Source of the DNA: Alphaproteobacteria bacterium
Lineage (GTDB): Bacteria; Pseudomonadota; Alphaproteobacteria; UBA828
Assembly (NCBI GenBank): GCA_965214705.1
Contig: OZ243972.1
Span: 1,920,001 to 1,984,000 of the forward strand
DNA: 64,000 bases
Direction of reading: 5' to 3'
Shown here: positions 49,393-58,725 of the stretch, piece after piece
How the letters are laid out: every line of letters begins with the position of its first letter
Position numbering within the stretch: the first letter of the stretch is position 1
Made by a program: the position numbers and the translations under genes
The notes under the pieces: model-generated
Told to the model about the DNA's origin: nothing
What the model saw: only the letters and a program-made list of their open reading frames with translations
Databases searched by the model: none

Positions 49393-50095
49393 GGTCCGAT
49401 TCCTCCGTTTTCCGTTCGCCGGCACGAGTGTCCGCCTGCATGCCTTCGTCATCGCCGGTCCCTCCCTTCATTTCTCCGGTTGACGTTGTTCCCGTCGCCG
49501 CGCCGGTCTGCCGTGGCGGCTCGGAGAGCGCCTCGAAGCGGGCGAGCCAGAGCCTCGCGGCCCGTCCTGGTCCCACTGCGCGGATGCGCCGCCTCAGCGG
49601 CGGGAACGCCGCGCCCGAACCGGCATCGGCGTCCGCGAGGTCGCGGCGCTCCGCCGCCGCCGTCATGCGGAAGACGAAGCGGAGCAGCTCCGCGTGGTCC
49701 TCGCCAAGCACGGGATCGAGCCCCGCCGCCTCGCGCACCGCGCGTTCGATGGCGTCGGCGAGCTTCGCCGCACGCTGGGACGATCCCTCTCCTCGCAGCC
49801 ACGCCGATGGCGCGTCCGCGATCAGCGCGCAAAGCGCGAGGTTCCGCCGCTCGTCGGCGCCGAGCCCGTCGAGCGCCTCGATCTCCTCGCTGGCGATCAC
49901 GGCGTGCGCCGCCAGCGAGTGGTACTGCCGGGTGCGTCCGCCGAAGCGGCAGGTGTTGGCCAGCACGTGCGCCAGCGCCTCGAAGTCGATATCGGCGGGG
50001 GTCGCGCCCTCCGGATCGCCAGGCCAGGCGAGGCGCCCGCCGGCAGCCCCGGCGGTGGCGAGGGTTCCCCGCTCGTCTTCCGCTCGTGCGTTCAT
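49367..50095 (-). CDS. HD-superfamily (YfbR-like) phosphohydrolase homologue with degenerate HD motif
   Basis: IDFEALAHVLANTCRFGG..YHSLAAH; LIADAPSAW in place of LLHDAAEAY. Confidence 0.7.
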   Translation of the reverse strand: MNARAEDERGTLATAGAAGGRLAWPGDPEGATPADIDFEALAHVLANTCRFGGRTRQYHSLAAHAVIASEEIEALDGLGADERRNLALCALIADAPSAWLRGEGSSQRAAKLADAIERAVREAAGLDPVLGEDHAELLRFVFRMTAAAERRDLADADAGSGAAFPPLRRRIRAVGPGRAARLWLARFEALSEPPRQTGAATGTTSTGEMKGGTGDDEGMQADTRAGERKTEESDHGAARQAA

Positions 50096-52794
50096 TCGCC
50101 GTCTCCTTTCTTGTCCGCATGTTCGATGTCGCCATCGGCGCCGGCGCTGTCGTCTCCGCCGGCTGTCTCCTGGATGCCGGTTTCGCCGCCGGTTCGGCCG
50201 GAGCCGTCCCCAGGCCTCGCGCCGTCCGCGACGGGAGCGTCCCCCGCGAGCCGGTCGATGGCCTCGACGGTGGAGAGCCCCTCGGCCTTGAGCCGCTCGA
50301 CGGCCGCGAATGCGGGTCCGCGCGAGGAGAACAGCGCCACCGACCAGAGATCGAGCACGAGGCGCGCCACGCGCCAGCCGTCGGGACCGTGCAGCAGCAG
50401 CTCCGCATGGCGGCCCTCGGCGGTGGTCAGGCTCTTCAAGGCCCGCTCCATGCCGGGATCGCAGTGGATGCGCTTTTCCTGCTTCAGCAGCTCGACGGAT
50501 TCGTCCTTCTGGGCGAGGAAGATCGTCCAGTCGGAGTTCTCCCAGGCCGCCTGCGCCGCCGGGTTGGCGTAATAGTCGTTGACCGACTGGGTGCCGGTGA
50601 TGAGCGAGCCGCGGTATTTTCTGGCCCTGCGCGCCGCGCCTTCGAGGAAGGCCCGGCTGTTCTCGCCGGAGAGCAGGTCCCAGGCCTCGTCGATGACGAT
50701 GGCCTTCGCCCGCGTGCGCTCCCCGTGATACATGCGCTGGGTGGCGAGGAAGACCACCAGCATCAGCACCACGGCCTGGACGTCGCCCCGGCCCTTGAGC
50801 TCGGCCAGCTCGAACACGGTGAGCGCGGCATCGAGCGCCGGCGTCTCCGCGCCCGCGAACAGCCGTCCCATGGCGCCGCCGGGGCACCACGGACCGAGGG
50901 AGGTCGCCATGTCGGCGGCGCGGCGGTCGCCGCGGGCGTCGAGATGCCGGCGTACGGTGCCGAGATCGGCGTCGTTCCCGGCTTCGTCCCAGGCGGCCGC
51001 AATGGCCTCGGCGATCAGCGCCGCCTCGATGTCGTCGATCGACCCTCGCCTGCGGCACATGCGTCCGATGACGCCCGCCAGCATGGCGAAGCACTCTTCC
51101 CTGTAATCGCCGTCACGGTGCGCCGTGGCGGCGTCGATCATGGCGAAGGGATTGAGGCAGGCGGGATCCTTGCCGAAGGCGATGAAGGCGCCGCCCAATG
51201 CTTCCGCCGTGTGCTGGAAGGACCGGCCGTCGTCGATCACCACGGCCTCGCCGCCCGCGCCGACGATGCCGGTGACCAGCTCCTGCATCAGCACCGACTT
51301 GCCCGAGCCGGATTTTCCCGTCACGGCGACGTTGTAGTTGCCCGCCTCGTTGGCAAACGGCGACCAGCCGGCCGGCTGGCCGCGGCGGCCGATCAGGAAC
51401 AGAGCCGGCGGGTTGTCGAGATTGACGGGCTGTCCCCGCCACTCGCCGTGCAGCGGAGCCAGGTTGACCGCCGAGGAGCTCAGCAGGGTCTTCACGCGGC
51501 CCATGCGCGCGAGATCGCCGTTGAGCCCGCCCGCCGGGACCATCGGCAGGCAGGAGAGCCAGGAGGGGAGCTGGACGTAGCGCTCGGCGCTCACCCGCCA
51601 GCCCTGGCCGTGATAGATCGCGCGCACCGCCTGCTCGGCCTCGTCCAGCGCATCGAGCGGCGCGTAGACCGCGGCGAAGTAGCAGGCCTTCACCAGCCGC
51701 TCGCCGTCCTTGAGGCGCTCGGTGACGAACTGCCAGTCCCGTGCCTTCTCGGGCAGCCCCGGCAGGTATCGCGCGATCCCGGTGCCGGCCTGCTGGGTGG
51801 CGCGCGCGGACTTGAGGAACGCCTTCTCCCCGTCGGCCGCCTCGCCGGTCATAACGGTGAGACAGGTCAGCACCGGACATCCGGGCTGCAGGAAGTCGCG
51901 GTGGAAGTCGCCGATCAGCGCGTTGCCGCGCCAGCCCGGCCACACCTCGGGAAAGGTAGCGGCCGTCAGCACCCGCACCGCAACGTCGCCGGCACGCGTG
52001 TCGCTGCCGCTCCCTCCGTGGAATACCAGGCCCGTGGGCGCGACAGTGAGCGCGCGGCCGGGCGCGGCGCATTGCAGGTGAATGGGATCCCTCGGAGACC
52101 AGCGGCGGCGCGGCCGGTGGAGCGGGGTGGCCGTGCCCGGTTCGGCATCGGGCGCGATCGCGGGCGCGATCAGCTCGGCAGCGAGCGACAGCAGCGCATC
52201 GGGACCGAGCCTCCGCGCCACGGCCCCGGCCGAGGCGAGCGTCCCTTCGAGCGCCCGCCGGAAGGCCGAGAGCGCGGTCTCGGGAGCCGGGCCGGGAGGA
52301 CCCGCCAGCGAGGCGCAGACGAAGGCCCGGTAGTCCGACAGCGTGAATGGCGGCCCGCCCGGATGCAGCGCCCGCCAGCCCGCGCCGCCGAGGAGACGAA
52401 GCCTGCGGCGCGCCATGCCGGCCTGGACGGGACCCGCGTCCCCGCGCGGCCCGGCCCAGGCATCGAGCGCCGCGCCGAAGCGCGGGCTCGCCCAGTGGAT
52501 CACCTGCACCGTGCAGCGCTCGGGCGCGGCGTCGGCCAGCGTGCCCGCGAGCGCGCCGAGCGTCTCGGCGTCGATCCCGGCGAAGGGCGGGATCTCGACA
52601 ACGAACCCGACCGAGCCCGCGTTGACATAGAGCTCGCCCCGCTCGTCGAAGGCGCGCCAGGGCAGCAGCTCGCAAAGCGCCGCGCCGGTCTCGGGCGGCG
52701 ACCAGGGCTCCAGCCCGGCCGGACCCTCGAACAGGTCGAGCAGGCGGCGCGCGATGCCGGAGCCGGCGCCCGGCGGCGTCACCGCAGCCTCCAT
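50092..52794 (-). CDS. traC: TraC (VirB4-like ATPase)
   Basis: ELLPWRAFD, NYNVAVTGKSGSGKS, IDEAWDLL, ARRARKY. Confidence 0.95.
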   Translation of the reverse strand: MEAAVTPPGAGSGIARRLLDLFEGPAGLEPWSPPETGAALCELLPWRAFDERGELYVNAGSVGFVVEIPPFAGIDAETLGALAGTLADAAPERCTVQVIHWASPRFGAALDAWAGPRGDAGPVQAGMARRRLRLLGGAGWRALHPGGPPFTLSDYRAFVCASLAGPPGPAPETALSAFRRALEGTLASAGAVARRLGPDALLSLAAELIAPAIAPDAEPGTATPLHRPRRRWSPRDPIHLQCAAPGRALTVAPTGLVFHGGSGSDTRAGDVAVRVLTAATFPEVWPGWRGNALIGDFHRDFLQPGCPVLTCLTVMTGEAADGEKAFLKSARATQQAGTGIARYLPGLPEKARDWQFVTERLKDGERLVKACYFAAVYAPLDALDEAEQAVRAIYHGQGWRVSAERYVQLPSWLSCLPMVPAGGLNGDLARMGRVKTLLSSSAVNLAPLHGEWRGQPVNLDNPPALFLIGRRGQPAGWSPFANEAGNYNVAVTGKSGSGKSVLMQELVTGIVGAGGEAVVIDDGRSFQHTAEALGGAFIAFGKDPACLNPFAMIDAATAHRDGDYREECFAMLAGVIGRMCRRRGSIDDIEAALIAEAIAAAWDEAGNDADLGTVRRHLDARGDRRAADMATSLGPWCPGGAMGRLFAGAETPALDAALTVFELAELKGRGDVQAVVLMLVVFLATQRMYHGERTRAKAIVIDEAWDLLSGENSRAFLEGAARRARKYRGSLITGTQSVNDYYANPAAQAAWENSDWTIFLAQKDESVELLKQEKRIHCDPGMERALKSLTTAEGRHAELLLHGPDGWRVARLVLDLWSVALFSSRGPAFAAVERLKAEGLSTVEAIDRLAGDAPVADGARPGDGSGRTGGETGIQETAGGDDSAGADGDIEHADKKGDGE

Positions 52795-53579
52795 TCGGCC
52801 GGCGCGATCACCGCCCGCACGTAACTCCCCTCGCGGTAGATGCCGTCGGCATCCACGAAGGGCGCGATCCAGATGCGCGCCACCACCTCGCCGGTACGGA
52901 ACGCATCCGATGCGGCCGGATCGGGCGCGTTATCGGCGCGGGCATCGCCGGCCGCCTCGCCCTCGGCCGTGGGCGGCGCATCGTCCGGGACCGGCGGCGC
53001 GATCGCGGCCGAACCGGCTCTCAAAGCACCGGACGCGGAATGGCCGGTAGCGGCGGAGGAGTCCCGGACGGCGCCCGCTACCGGCGCGGCGCGACTTACT
53101 CTCGGGCCGGCGGTCGCATCGGTCGCGACATCGTTATTTCGCCGGGAGAGGCCCGTTTCCGAATCCGCGTCACCGGCATCGCCGATGCCCGAGAACAGCG
53201 ACCCGAGCCAGGCGAACGGATCGCAATCCGATTCGCAGGCCGGTTCGTCGGCAGTCCCGGCCGACAGGCCCGCAACGATGCGACCGCTGCCCTGTCCGTG
53301 GCGCGGGATTGCACCTGCGAGCCTCGTCCCATCTCGCGTCTCCGGCACGAGTGTCTCCGGCACGAGTGTCTCCGGCGCGCGCGTCTCCGACGCGCGCGTC
53401 TCCGACGCGAGTGTCTGCGGCACCGCCGGGTCGGCGGCGAAGACGGACGCGCACACCTTTCCCTGCGCCAGCGGGCATTGCCAGTCGTCGCCCACATGGG
53501 TCGCCGAGCAGCCCGCCAGCGCCAGCGCGGCAATCAAGGCCGCCCCCGCTGCAGGCGGCCGGTTCCTGCGTTCAGTCAT
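52779..53579 (-). CDS. traV: TraV lipoprotein
   Basis: Lipobox LAGC, WQCP..C, RIWIAPFVDADG. Confidence 0.85.
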   Translation of the reverse strand: MTERRNRPPAAGAALIAALALAGCSATHVGDDWQCPLAQGKVCASVFAADPAVPQTLASETRASETRAPETLVPETLVPETRDGTRLAGAIPRHGQGSGRIVAGLSAGTADEPACESDCDPFAWLGSLFSGIGDAGDADSETGLSRRNNDVATDATAGPRVSRAAPVAGAVRDSSAATGHSASGALRAGSAAIAPPVPDDAPPTAEGEAAGDARADNAPDPAASDAFRTGEVVARIWIAPFVDADGIYREGSYVRAVIAPAEWRLR

Positions 53580-54828
53580 TCCTCTTCCCCTTTTCGGTCC
53601 TTCCGTCGAGCCACGCGCCCTCGATGAACACCACCGTCACCCGGGTCCCGGCCTGGAGCTGGATCACCGGCTGGTACTGTTCGGCGCGCCGGATCAGGTA
53701 GTCGGCGACCTTGCGGCCCGCCGACGAAGCCCCGGAGCCGAGCCCGGCCCGGCCGATATCGTCGAGACCGGTATTGGCCATCGAAGCTCCCGTGCCGGTG
53801 GCGACGGCCTGCGGCGCGAACGCGCCCGAGACACCCTCGCCGAGCCCGGAGACGAGGCCGGCCAGGAACGCCTTCTCGACCAGCGCGCCCTCGCGGCTCA
53901 CCACGGGGCCGCGCACACCGGTCTTGCCGGCGCCGGCGACGAACCCCGCAACCTGTGTTTCCAGCACCGTGCCGGGGTGTTCCCCCGTGCCGGGCTCGTC
54001 TCCGACGCAGGTGAGCGTCCTGAGCCTCGCGTAGACCTTCTCCGACGAGAGGTCGCCATGGGCGGCGCCGGTCACGGTGCAGCCGTCGATATCGACGGCG
54101 AGCGCCCTGCCATCGACCGCCGCGGTCCATGCGGGACCGACGATCCTGAGCAGCACCGGGCGCGGGTCGCCCTGCGACGAGACCCCCGCCGAGGCGTCGA
54201 CGCCCGCGAGCACGATCGCCTCGGCGTGGCTCCCGGCCGGAAGCCAGGCGCCGATATCCCTGGCGGGGGGCGCGTCGAACGGCTCCTCCGAACCGTCGAG
54301 CCGGAAGGTCTCGATCAGAGACCCGGTCTCCGGCACGGCCCCGGACGCGGCATCGCCGGCCGTCGGGGCTGTCCGCCGCCCCGCGCCCCGCTGGAACAGC
54401 TCGCCCTTCGGCGCGCCCTCGGCCGGGGCGGCTTCTGAGCCCGCCCCCGCGCGCTCCATCTCGGCGATCTTCGCCGCGAGGCCGTCGATGACACGCTTCG
54501 CGTCCTGGGCATTGGCGGTAAGCTGGGTCCGGAGGCGCTCATTCTCCTGGTTCACGCGATTCGCCCTGGTCTCCATGTCGCGCAGCCGCGCGTCCATGTC
54601 GCCGAGTCGGGCTTCAGAGCGCCGCGTCCAGCTCTCCTCGGCCGTCCCCGGCGTCGCGAGCTCGGCATCGATGCGCGCCTCCGGCCGGGGCGCATTGCCG
54701 CCGCCCGCCGCGAGCCAGAAGGCGAACACCATCAGCACCGCCGCCGCGATCACCGAGAACAGCACCAGCTGCCGGTTGCGGGCGCGGCGCGACTCGCCGT
54801 CGCGCGCCTTCGCGGTGCGCGCGCTCAC
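53572..54828 (-). CDS. traB: TraB (VirB10-like)
   Basis: TM plus coiled coil; LPAGS..GVDA, GDLSSE, GVRGPVVSR, YQPVIQLQAG. Confidence 0.92.
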   Translation of the reverse strand: MSARTAKARDGESRRARNRQLVLFSVIAAAVLMVFAFWLAAGGGNAPRPEARIDAELATPGTAEESWTRRSEARLGDMDARLRDMETRANRVNQENERLRTQLTANAQDAKRVIDGLAAKIAEMERAGAGSEAAPAEGAPKGELFQRGAGRRTAPTAGDAASGAVPETGSLIETFRLDGSEEPFDAPPARDIGAWLPAGSHAEAIVLAGVDASAGVSSQGDPRPVLLRIVGPAWTAAVDGRALAVDIDGCTVTGAAHGDLSSEKVYARLRTLTCVGDEPGTGEHPGTVLETQVAGFVAGAGKTGVRGPVVSREGALVEKAFLAGLVSGLGEGVSGAFAPQAVATGTGASMANTGLDDIGRAGLGSGASSAGRKVADYLIRRAEQYQPVIQLQAGTRVTVVFIEGAWLDGRTEKGKRND

Positions 54829-55811
54829 CGTGACTCTCCCGCGTGCGGCGGATCGGCAACCGGACCGTCTCCGGCGCGAGTGTCTCCGGCACGGGCGTCC
54901 TCGTACACCGCCACCGCGAGCCTGCCGCCCGAGGGGCCGGTGCCGGGCGCCGCCAGCCAGAGAGCGGCGAGGCGGCCGATGCCCGCCAGCCCGCCGATGG
55001 TCTCCGGCACGCGTGTCTCCGGCACGAGTGTCTCCGGCACGAGTGTCCCGGCGAGGCCCGCGGCGCCCTCCGCGCCCCCTGAGGCCGAAGGGCCGGCCTC
55101 GAACACGAACGCCGAGAAGCGCGATCCACGCCAGGTCTCGATGACCTTCAATCCTGAGACACCCGTGCCGGGGACACTTGTGCCGACGACCGCGCGCCCG
55201 GCATGGACCGCATAACCGGCAAGCGGCTCGCCCCGCGCCGCCGCGCGGATCAGGCGCACCAGCGCGCCGATGCGATCGTCGCCGGCCGCCGCCGTTCGAT
55301 CGGACGTGGATGCGGTCGCAGGTGCCGGCGAAACGACCGCCGGGTTGCGGATCAGGATCTGCGTCGCGCCCACGGACACGGGCGTCAGAGCGAGCCGGTA
55401 GGTGAAGCCCCGCTCGGTGCCGATGAACAGCACCTCGGGCCCCGCCGCCGCCGCGCCGTCGCCCCCGAGGGGGCGCAGGTAGAGATCGCCGCTCGCCGGG
55501 TCGTGCTCGACGCGCAGGCCGCCGGGCGCCCGGATCACCTTGGCGACGCGGTCGCCCGGCAGCGCGATGCGAACAACCCCGGACATGGAGATGTCCGCCG
55601 CAAGCTCGGCATGATCCGCCGCCTCCAGGACACTTGTGCCGGAGACACTCGTGCCGGAGACACTCGTGCCGGCGGCATACGCGCACGAGGCATCCATGGC
55701 GGCGGCCACGGAGCCGTACGCCATACATATAAGGAGTGCCGCCGCCATCGCCGCGACGCGGCCGAAGCGCGCCATGGAGTGCGGTCCGGCCGTCACCGAT
55801 CCTGTATTCAT
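54825..55811 (-). CDS. traK: TraK
   Basis: Signal peptide; VVRIALPGDRV..GDLYLRP..LFIGTERGFTY; between traE and traB. Confidence 0.82.
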   Translation of the reverse strand: MNTGSVTAGPHSMARFGRVAAMAAALLICMAYGSVAAAMDASCAYAAGTSVSGTSVSGTSVLEAADHAELAADISMSGVVRIALPGDRVAKVIRAPGGLRVEHDPASGDLYLRPLGGDGAAAAGPEVLFIGTERGFTYRLALTPVSVGATQILIRNPAVVSPAPATASTSDRTAAAGDDRIGALVRLIRAAARGEPLAGYAVHAGRAVVGTSVPGTGVSGLKVIETWRGSRFSAFVFEAGPSASGGAEGAAGLAGTLVPETLVPETRVPETIGGLAGIGRLAALWLAAPGTGPSGGRLAVAVYEDARAGDTRAGDGPVADPPHAGESR

Positions 55812-55813
55812 CC

Positions 55814-56365
55814 TCAGTCCTCCATCTGCTCGAAGCGCAGCAGAGCGAGCCGGCCCGCGTCGATGCGGAAGGCGAGGCGGTAGCGCCGCTTCTGCCGCGA
55901 AGCCTCCTCGCGCCCGATCCAGGTCACCAGCTCGCCCGCGATCTCGGCGCTGAGTTCGCGCCCGTCGCTCTCGATGCTCCTCGGGTAGAACGCGGTCGAG
56001 AGGTCGCGCCGGGCCATCCGCTCGGCTTCCGACGCCACCCAGGCGCCGATAGCGCCCCGGGCCTCGGCATGGGCGAGGCGCGCGACCGCCTCGCGCACAT
56101 GGGCCGCGTTTTCGGGCGTGAGCGTGAGCAGCGTCACCGCTGCGGTGCGCGCCGCATCCTCCAGGTAGCGCCGCCCCGCCCAGCTCTCCCCCACCTCCCA
56201 GGCGGGACCCGAGACGGCGGGAACCAGCACGGTCACCCGTTCGCGGCTGGTCAGCCCGTGCGCCAGCACCAGGTTGGAGAGAACCGCGAGCGCCAGCAGC
56301 CCGGCGAGAACCGCCCGCGTGTCCCGCGCCCGGCGGCGCTCCGCGTCCATCGCCTCGCGCCTCAT
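55814..56365 (-). CDS. traE: TraE
   Basis: N-terminal TM, VLVP, YLE..LTLTPEN; between traL and traK. Confidence 0.82.
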   Translation of the reverse strand: MRREAMDAERRRARDTRAVLAGLLALAVLSNLVLAHGLTSRERVTVLVPAVSGPAWEVGESWAGRRYLEDAARTAAVTLLTLTPENAAHVREAVARLAHAEARGAIGAWVASEAERMARRDLSTAFYPRSIESDGRELSAEIAGELVTWIGREEASRQKRRYRLAFRIDAGRLALLRFEQMED

Positions 56366-56655
56366 CCGAAGTACCGCCTGACATGGCTTGGCGGGGTGCC
56401 ACGGAGCCGCAGCACGAACTCGGGCAGGAACCAGTAGAGCGCGTAGAGCGCGATGTTGGCCCCGCCGCCGCGCTTGACGCGGCGCAGCAGCAGCCAGCCG
56501 GCGATGCCGGCCACCAGTCCCGCGACGAACTGGTTCGCCGCGAGCCCGAGCACCGCCGGTCCCAGCAGTGCCGCCGCCTCGTCGAAGGTCCAGAACAGCC
56601 AGCGCTCCGGGTCGTCGAGACGGCGCGGGATCGCATGGCGCGCGGTGTCGTTCAC
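56362..56655 (-). CDS. traL: TraL
   Basis: IPRRLDDPERWLFWTFDE..LYWFLP. Confidence 0.9.
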   Translation of the reverse strand: MNDTARHAIPRRLDDPERWLFWTFDEAAALLGPAVLGLAANQFVAGLVAGIAGWLLLRRVKRGGGANIALYALYWFLPEFVLRLRGTPPSHVRRYFG

Positions 56656-56664
56656 TGTGGCCTC

Positions 56665-56988
56665 TCAGACGATCGCCGTGCCGACCAGGCCGGTCACGAT
56701 GCCGGTGCCCGCGCCCGCCGCCACGCCGACGCCGACCGCGCCGAGAAGCTGCATCGCGTTGAAGCGCAGAACCGAGCCCACCAGGGCCGCGCCCACCGCG
56801 AGCGCCGCCGCGAGCTGACCGCCGGTGCCGGACACCATGCCCGTCACCGTGTCCAGCGGATCCGTGAAGGTGGTGTCCGTCGTCGCCAGCGCCGCATCGA
56901 TGCCGAGCAGCGCCAGCGCCAGCGCGACGATCGCGCCCACGGCGATGCGGAGTGCGCGCTTCCTGCGGTCGTTCGAGATTGCAGTCAT
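56665..56988 (-). CDS. traA: Conjugative pilin
   Basis: Signal peptide plus two hydrophobic helices, directly upstream of traL. Confidence 0.75.
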   Translation of the reverse strand: MTAISNDRRKRALRIAVGAIVALALALLGIDAALATTDTTFTDPLDTVTGMVSGTGGQLAAALAVGAALVGSVLRFNAMQLLGAVGVGVAAGAGTGIVTGLVGTAIV

Positions 56989-57710
56989 CACCTGTCCTCC
57001 TTCCCGGTGTCGTCCCTGTCCGGCGGCGAGGTCGCCGCTCTCTCCTCGCGCTCCTTCTCGTCGGCCTCGGTGGTCGAGCGCGCCTCGCGCGCGGCCGCCC
57101 ACTCCGCCACCTTCGAGCGCAGATAGCGCGCCCGGTTGCCCATACGGCTGAACGGCGGTCCCTTGCCGCTGCCCCGGTAAGCCTGAAGCGTGCGGGGCGA
57201 CAGTTTCAGGAACTCCGCCGCCTCCTCGGTGCTCATGTAGCCGTCCTCGGTCATCTCCATCTCCTCATTGCCTTCCTTCCCCACCGGAACCGCCGGCGCC
57301 CCGTCCTCGACCGCCGCCCTGATCGCCTCGCGCTGGGCCGGGTTCGTATGCTCGGCCATGACGGCGTCCGCCTTGTCCATGGTGGCGAGCCGGGGCAGGC
57401 CGCCATCGAGCAGCCAGGTCGCAAAGGACCGGTTCCTGTTGACGTCGCGGCTGAACTCCGAGCGCTTTATGCCGGTGACCGCCAGGAACGCCCTGACCTC
57501 GGCCACGAAGCGGTCCCCGACCGGTTCGCGGCCCATCCCGACCAGCAGCTTGTCCACCGTATCCAGGCGCGGATTGCGCCCCTTCTTCTTCACCCGAAAG
57601 ACGAAGGTGGGATCGCGCATCGTCTCCCGGCCGAAGCGGCTGGGGGACATGTCGTGACGCTCCATATGGGCGTCGATGGCGCCGAGGAAGTGGGTGCGGT
57701 ATCGGGTCAT
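56988..57710 (-). CDS. Fusion of two Cro-like repeats and a C-terminal excisionase-type (HTH_17) domain
   Basis: Repeats SPSRFGRETMRDPTFVFRVK..PRLDT and KRSEFSRDVNRNRSFATWL..PRLAT; C-terminal YMSTEEAAEFLKLSPRTLQAYRGSGKGPPF. Confidence 0.75.
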   Translation of the reverse strand: MTRYRTHFLGAIDAHMERHDMSPSRFGRETMRDPTFVFRVKKKGRNPRLDTVDKLLVGMGREPVGDRFVAEVRAFLAVTGIKRSEFSRDVNRNRSFATWLLDGGLPRLATMDKADAVMAEHTNPAQREAIRAAVEDGAPAVPVGKEGNEEMEMTEDGYMSTEEAAEFLKLSPRTLQAYRGSGKGPPFSRMGNRARYLRSKVAEWAAAREARSTTEADEKEREERAATSPPDRDDTGKEDR

Positions 57711-57716
57711 GGGCCG

Positions 57717-57731
57717 GAACGTAGGTGGAAC
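57717..57731. promoter_or_regulatory. Alphaproteobacterial LexA (SOS) box GAAC-N7-GAAC
   Basis: GAACgtaggtgGAAC, 6 bp upstream of the ATG that opens the cro-xis/tra operon. Confidence 0.6.
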
Positions 57732-57739
57732 ATTCCGGC

Positions 57740-57769
57740 TTGACAATATATTTCAGTCTTCAATACACT
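57740..57769 (+). promoter_or_regulatory. Putative sigma70 promoter of the repressor gene
   Basis: TTGACA-18 bp-TACACT. Confidence 0.45.
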
Positions 57770-57801
57770 ACTGTTCTACGCAGCAGATACGAGCCACGAC
57801 C

Positions 57802-58488
57802 ATGCAAAGCGACCCGCTACGACAAAAAATCAGGGATCTGCTATGGCAGCGCGGCCTCACCATGAAGGAGGCCTCCGCCGCCATCGGCCGCAGCCCGAGC
57901 TACCTGAACCAGTTCATCGCCCGCGGCACGCCCAAGGCGCTCGGCTATGCCGACGCCCAGAGCCTCGCGAAGCTGCTCGGCTGCGAGGCGTCCGAGCTGC
58001 GCCATCCCGAGCCGCCCAGGCGCAGGCCGCAGAAGCGCCGCCGGCGCACCGCGCCCCCTGCCGGCGCGCCGCTCGTCGCCATCCCCGAGGTGGCGGTCGA
58101 GGCCGCCGCCGGGCCGGGCGCGCTCAACGAGGAGTTCGTCGACGAGAAGGCGCGCTGGTACCTGCCCGAGGGCATGATCCGCCACGAGGGCGACGCCGAC
58201 CCCGGCACCCTGCGCGTGCTCCGCGCCCGCGGCGACTCCATGGAGCCGCTGGTCTCCGACGGCGACCGGCTGCTGGTCGACCTCGCCCGGCGCACCCCCG
58301 GCACCGGAGAGATGGCGGTGCTCTGGGACGGCTCGGGGCTGGTGGTCAAGCGGGTCGAGGTGATGCCCCATGCCGAGCCGCCGAGGCTCCGCCTCCACTC
58401 CGCCAACCCCGACTACGAGCCCTACAGCTGCCTCGCCGAGGAAGCCCACATCGTCGGCAAGGTCGTCTGGACCGTGAGGAAATGCTGA
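57802..58488 (+). CDS. CI/LexA-like repressor with S24 autopeptidase domain
   Basis: N-terminal HTH; AAAG cleavage site; GDSMEP; VVKR; IVGKVVW. Confidence 0.9.
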   Translation: MQSDPLRQKIRDLLWQRGLTMKEASAAIGRSPSYLNQFIARGTPKALGYADAQSLAKLLGCEASELRHPEPPRRRPQKRRRRTAPPAGAPLVAIPEVAVEAAAGPGALNEEFVDEKARWYLPEGMIRHEGDADPGTLRVLRARGDSMEPLVSDGDRLLVDLARRTPGTGEMAVLWDGSGLVVKRVEVMPHAEPPRLRLHSANPDYEPYSCLAEEAHIVGKVVWTVRKC

Positions 58489-58594
58489 CGGGTGCGGCGC
58501 ACGGCGCCGGCGGCGGGTTCGGCCGCGACCCGGCGGGCGCGCCCGCGGCTGAGCCGGGAAAATGCACGACGGAGCGCGGTCCGGCGCGCGACAA

Positions 58595-58725
58595 TCTTCG
58601 GCATCGGCCCCGGCAGCACCGTATCTCGCTCGCCGCCGCCTCCCTCGCCATCGGCAGGAACAAGGCTTGGCTCCAGCAGTATCTCGCGCGCGGCATCCCC
58701 CGCGTCCTCTCCCGGAGGGAATGGC
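58595..58725 (+). pseudogene. Truncated paralogue of the repressor HTH
   Basis: ISLAAASLAIGRNKAWLQQYLARGIPRVL resembles LTMKEASAAIGRSPSYLNQFIARGTPKAL; similarity then ends. Confidence 0.55.

Noticed and set aside
33244-52824. Very long + strand ORFs (33244-36570, 36185-38566, 39152-42538, 48646-52824)
   Set aside because: Antisense shadows of GC-rich tra genes; low-complexity Arg/Gly/Pro translations without motifs.
53335-55673. 15-bp repeats as a second CRISPR or mini-array
   Set aside because: Tandem units without unique spacers, lying inside coding sequence.
36188-56636. Apparent giant fusions in the ORF track (987-aa TraD, 1306-aa TraG, 718-aa TraB etc.)
   Set aside because: Upstream extensions run through neighbouring genes in other frames; true starts were placed at RBS or stop-start overlaps.
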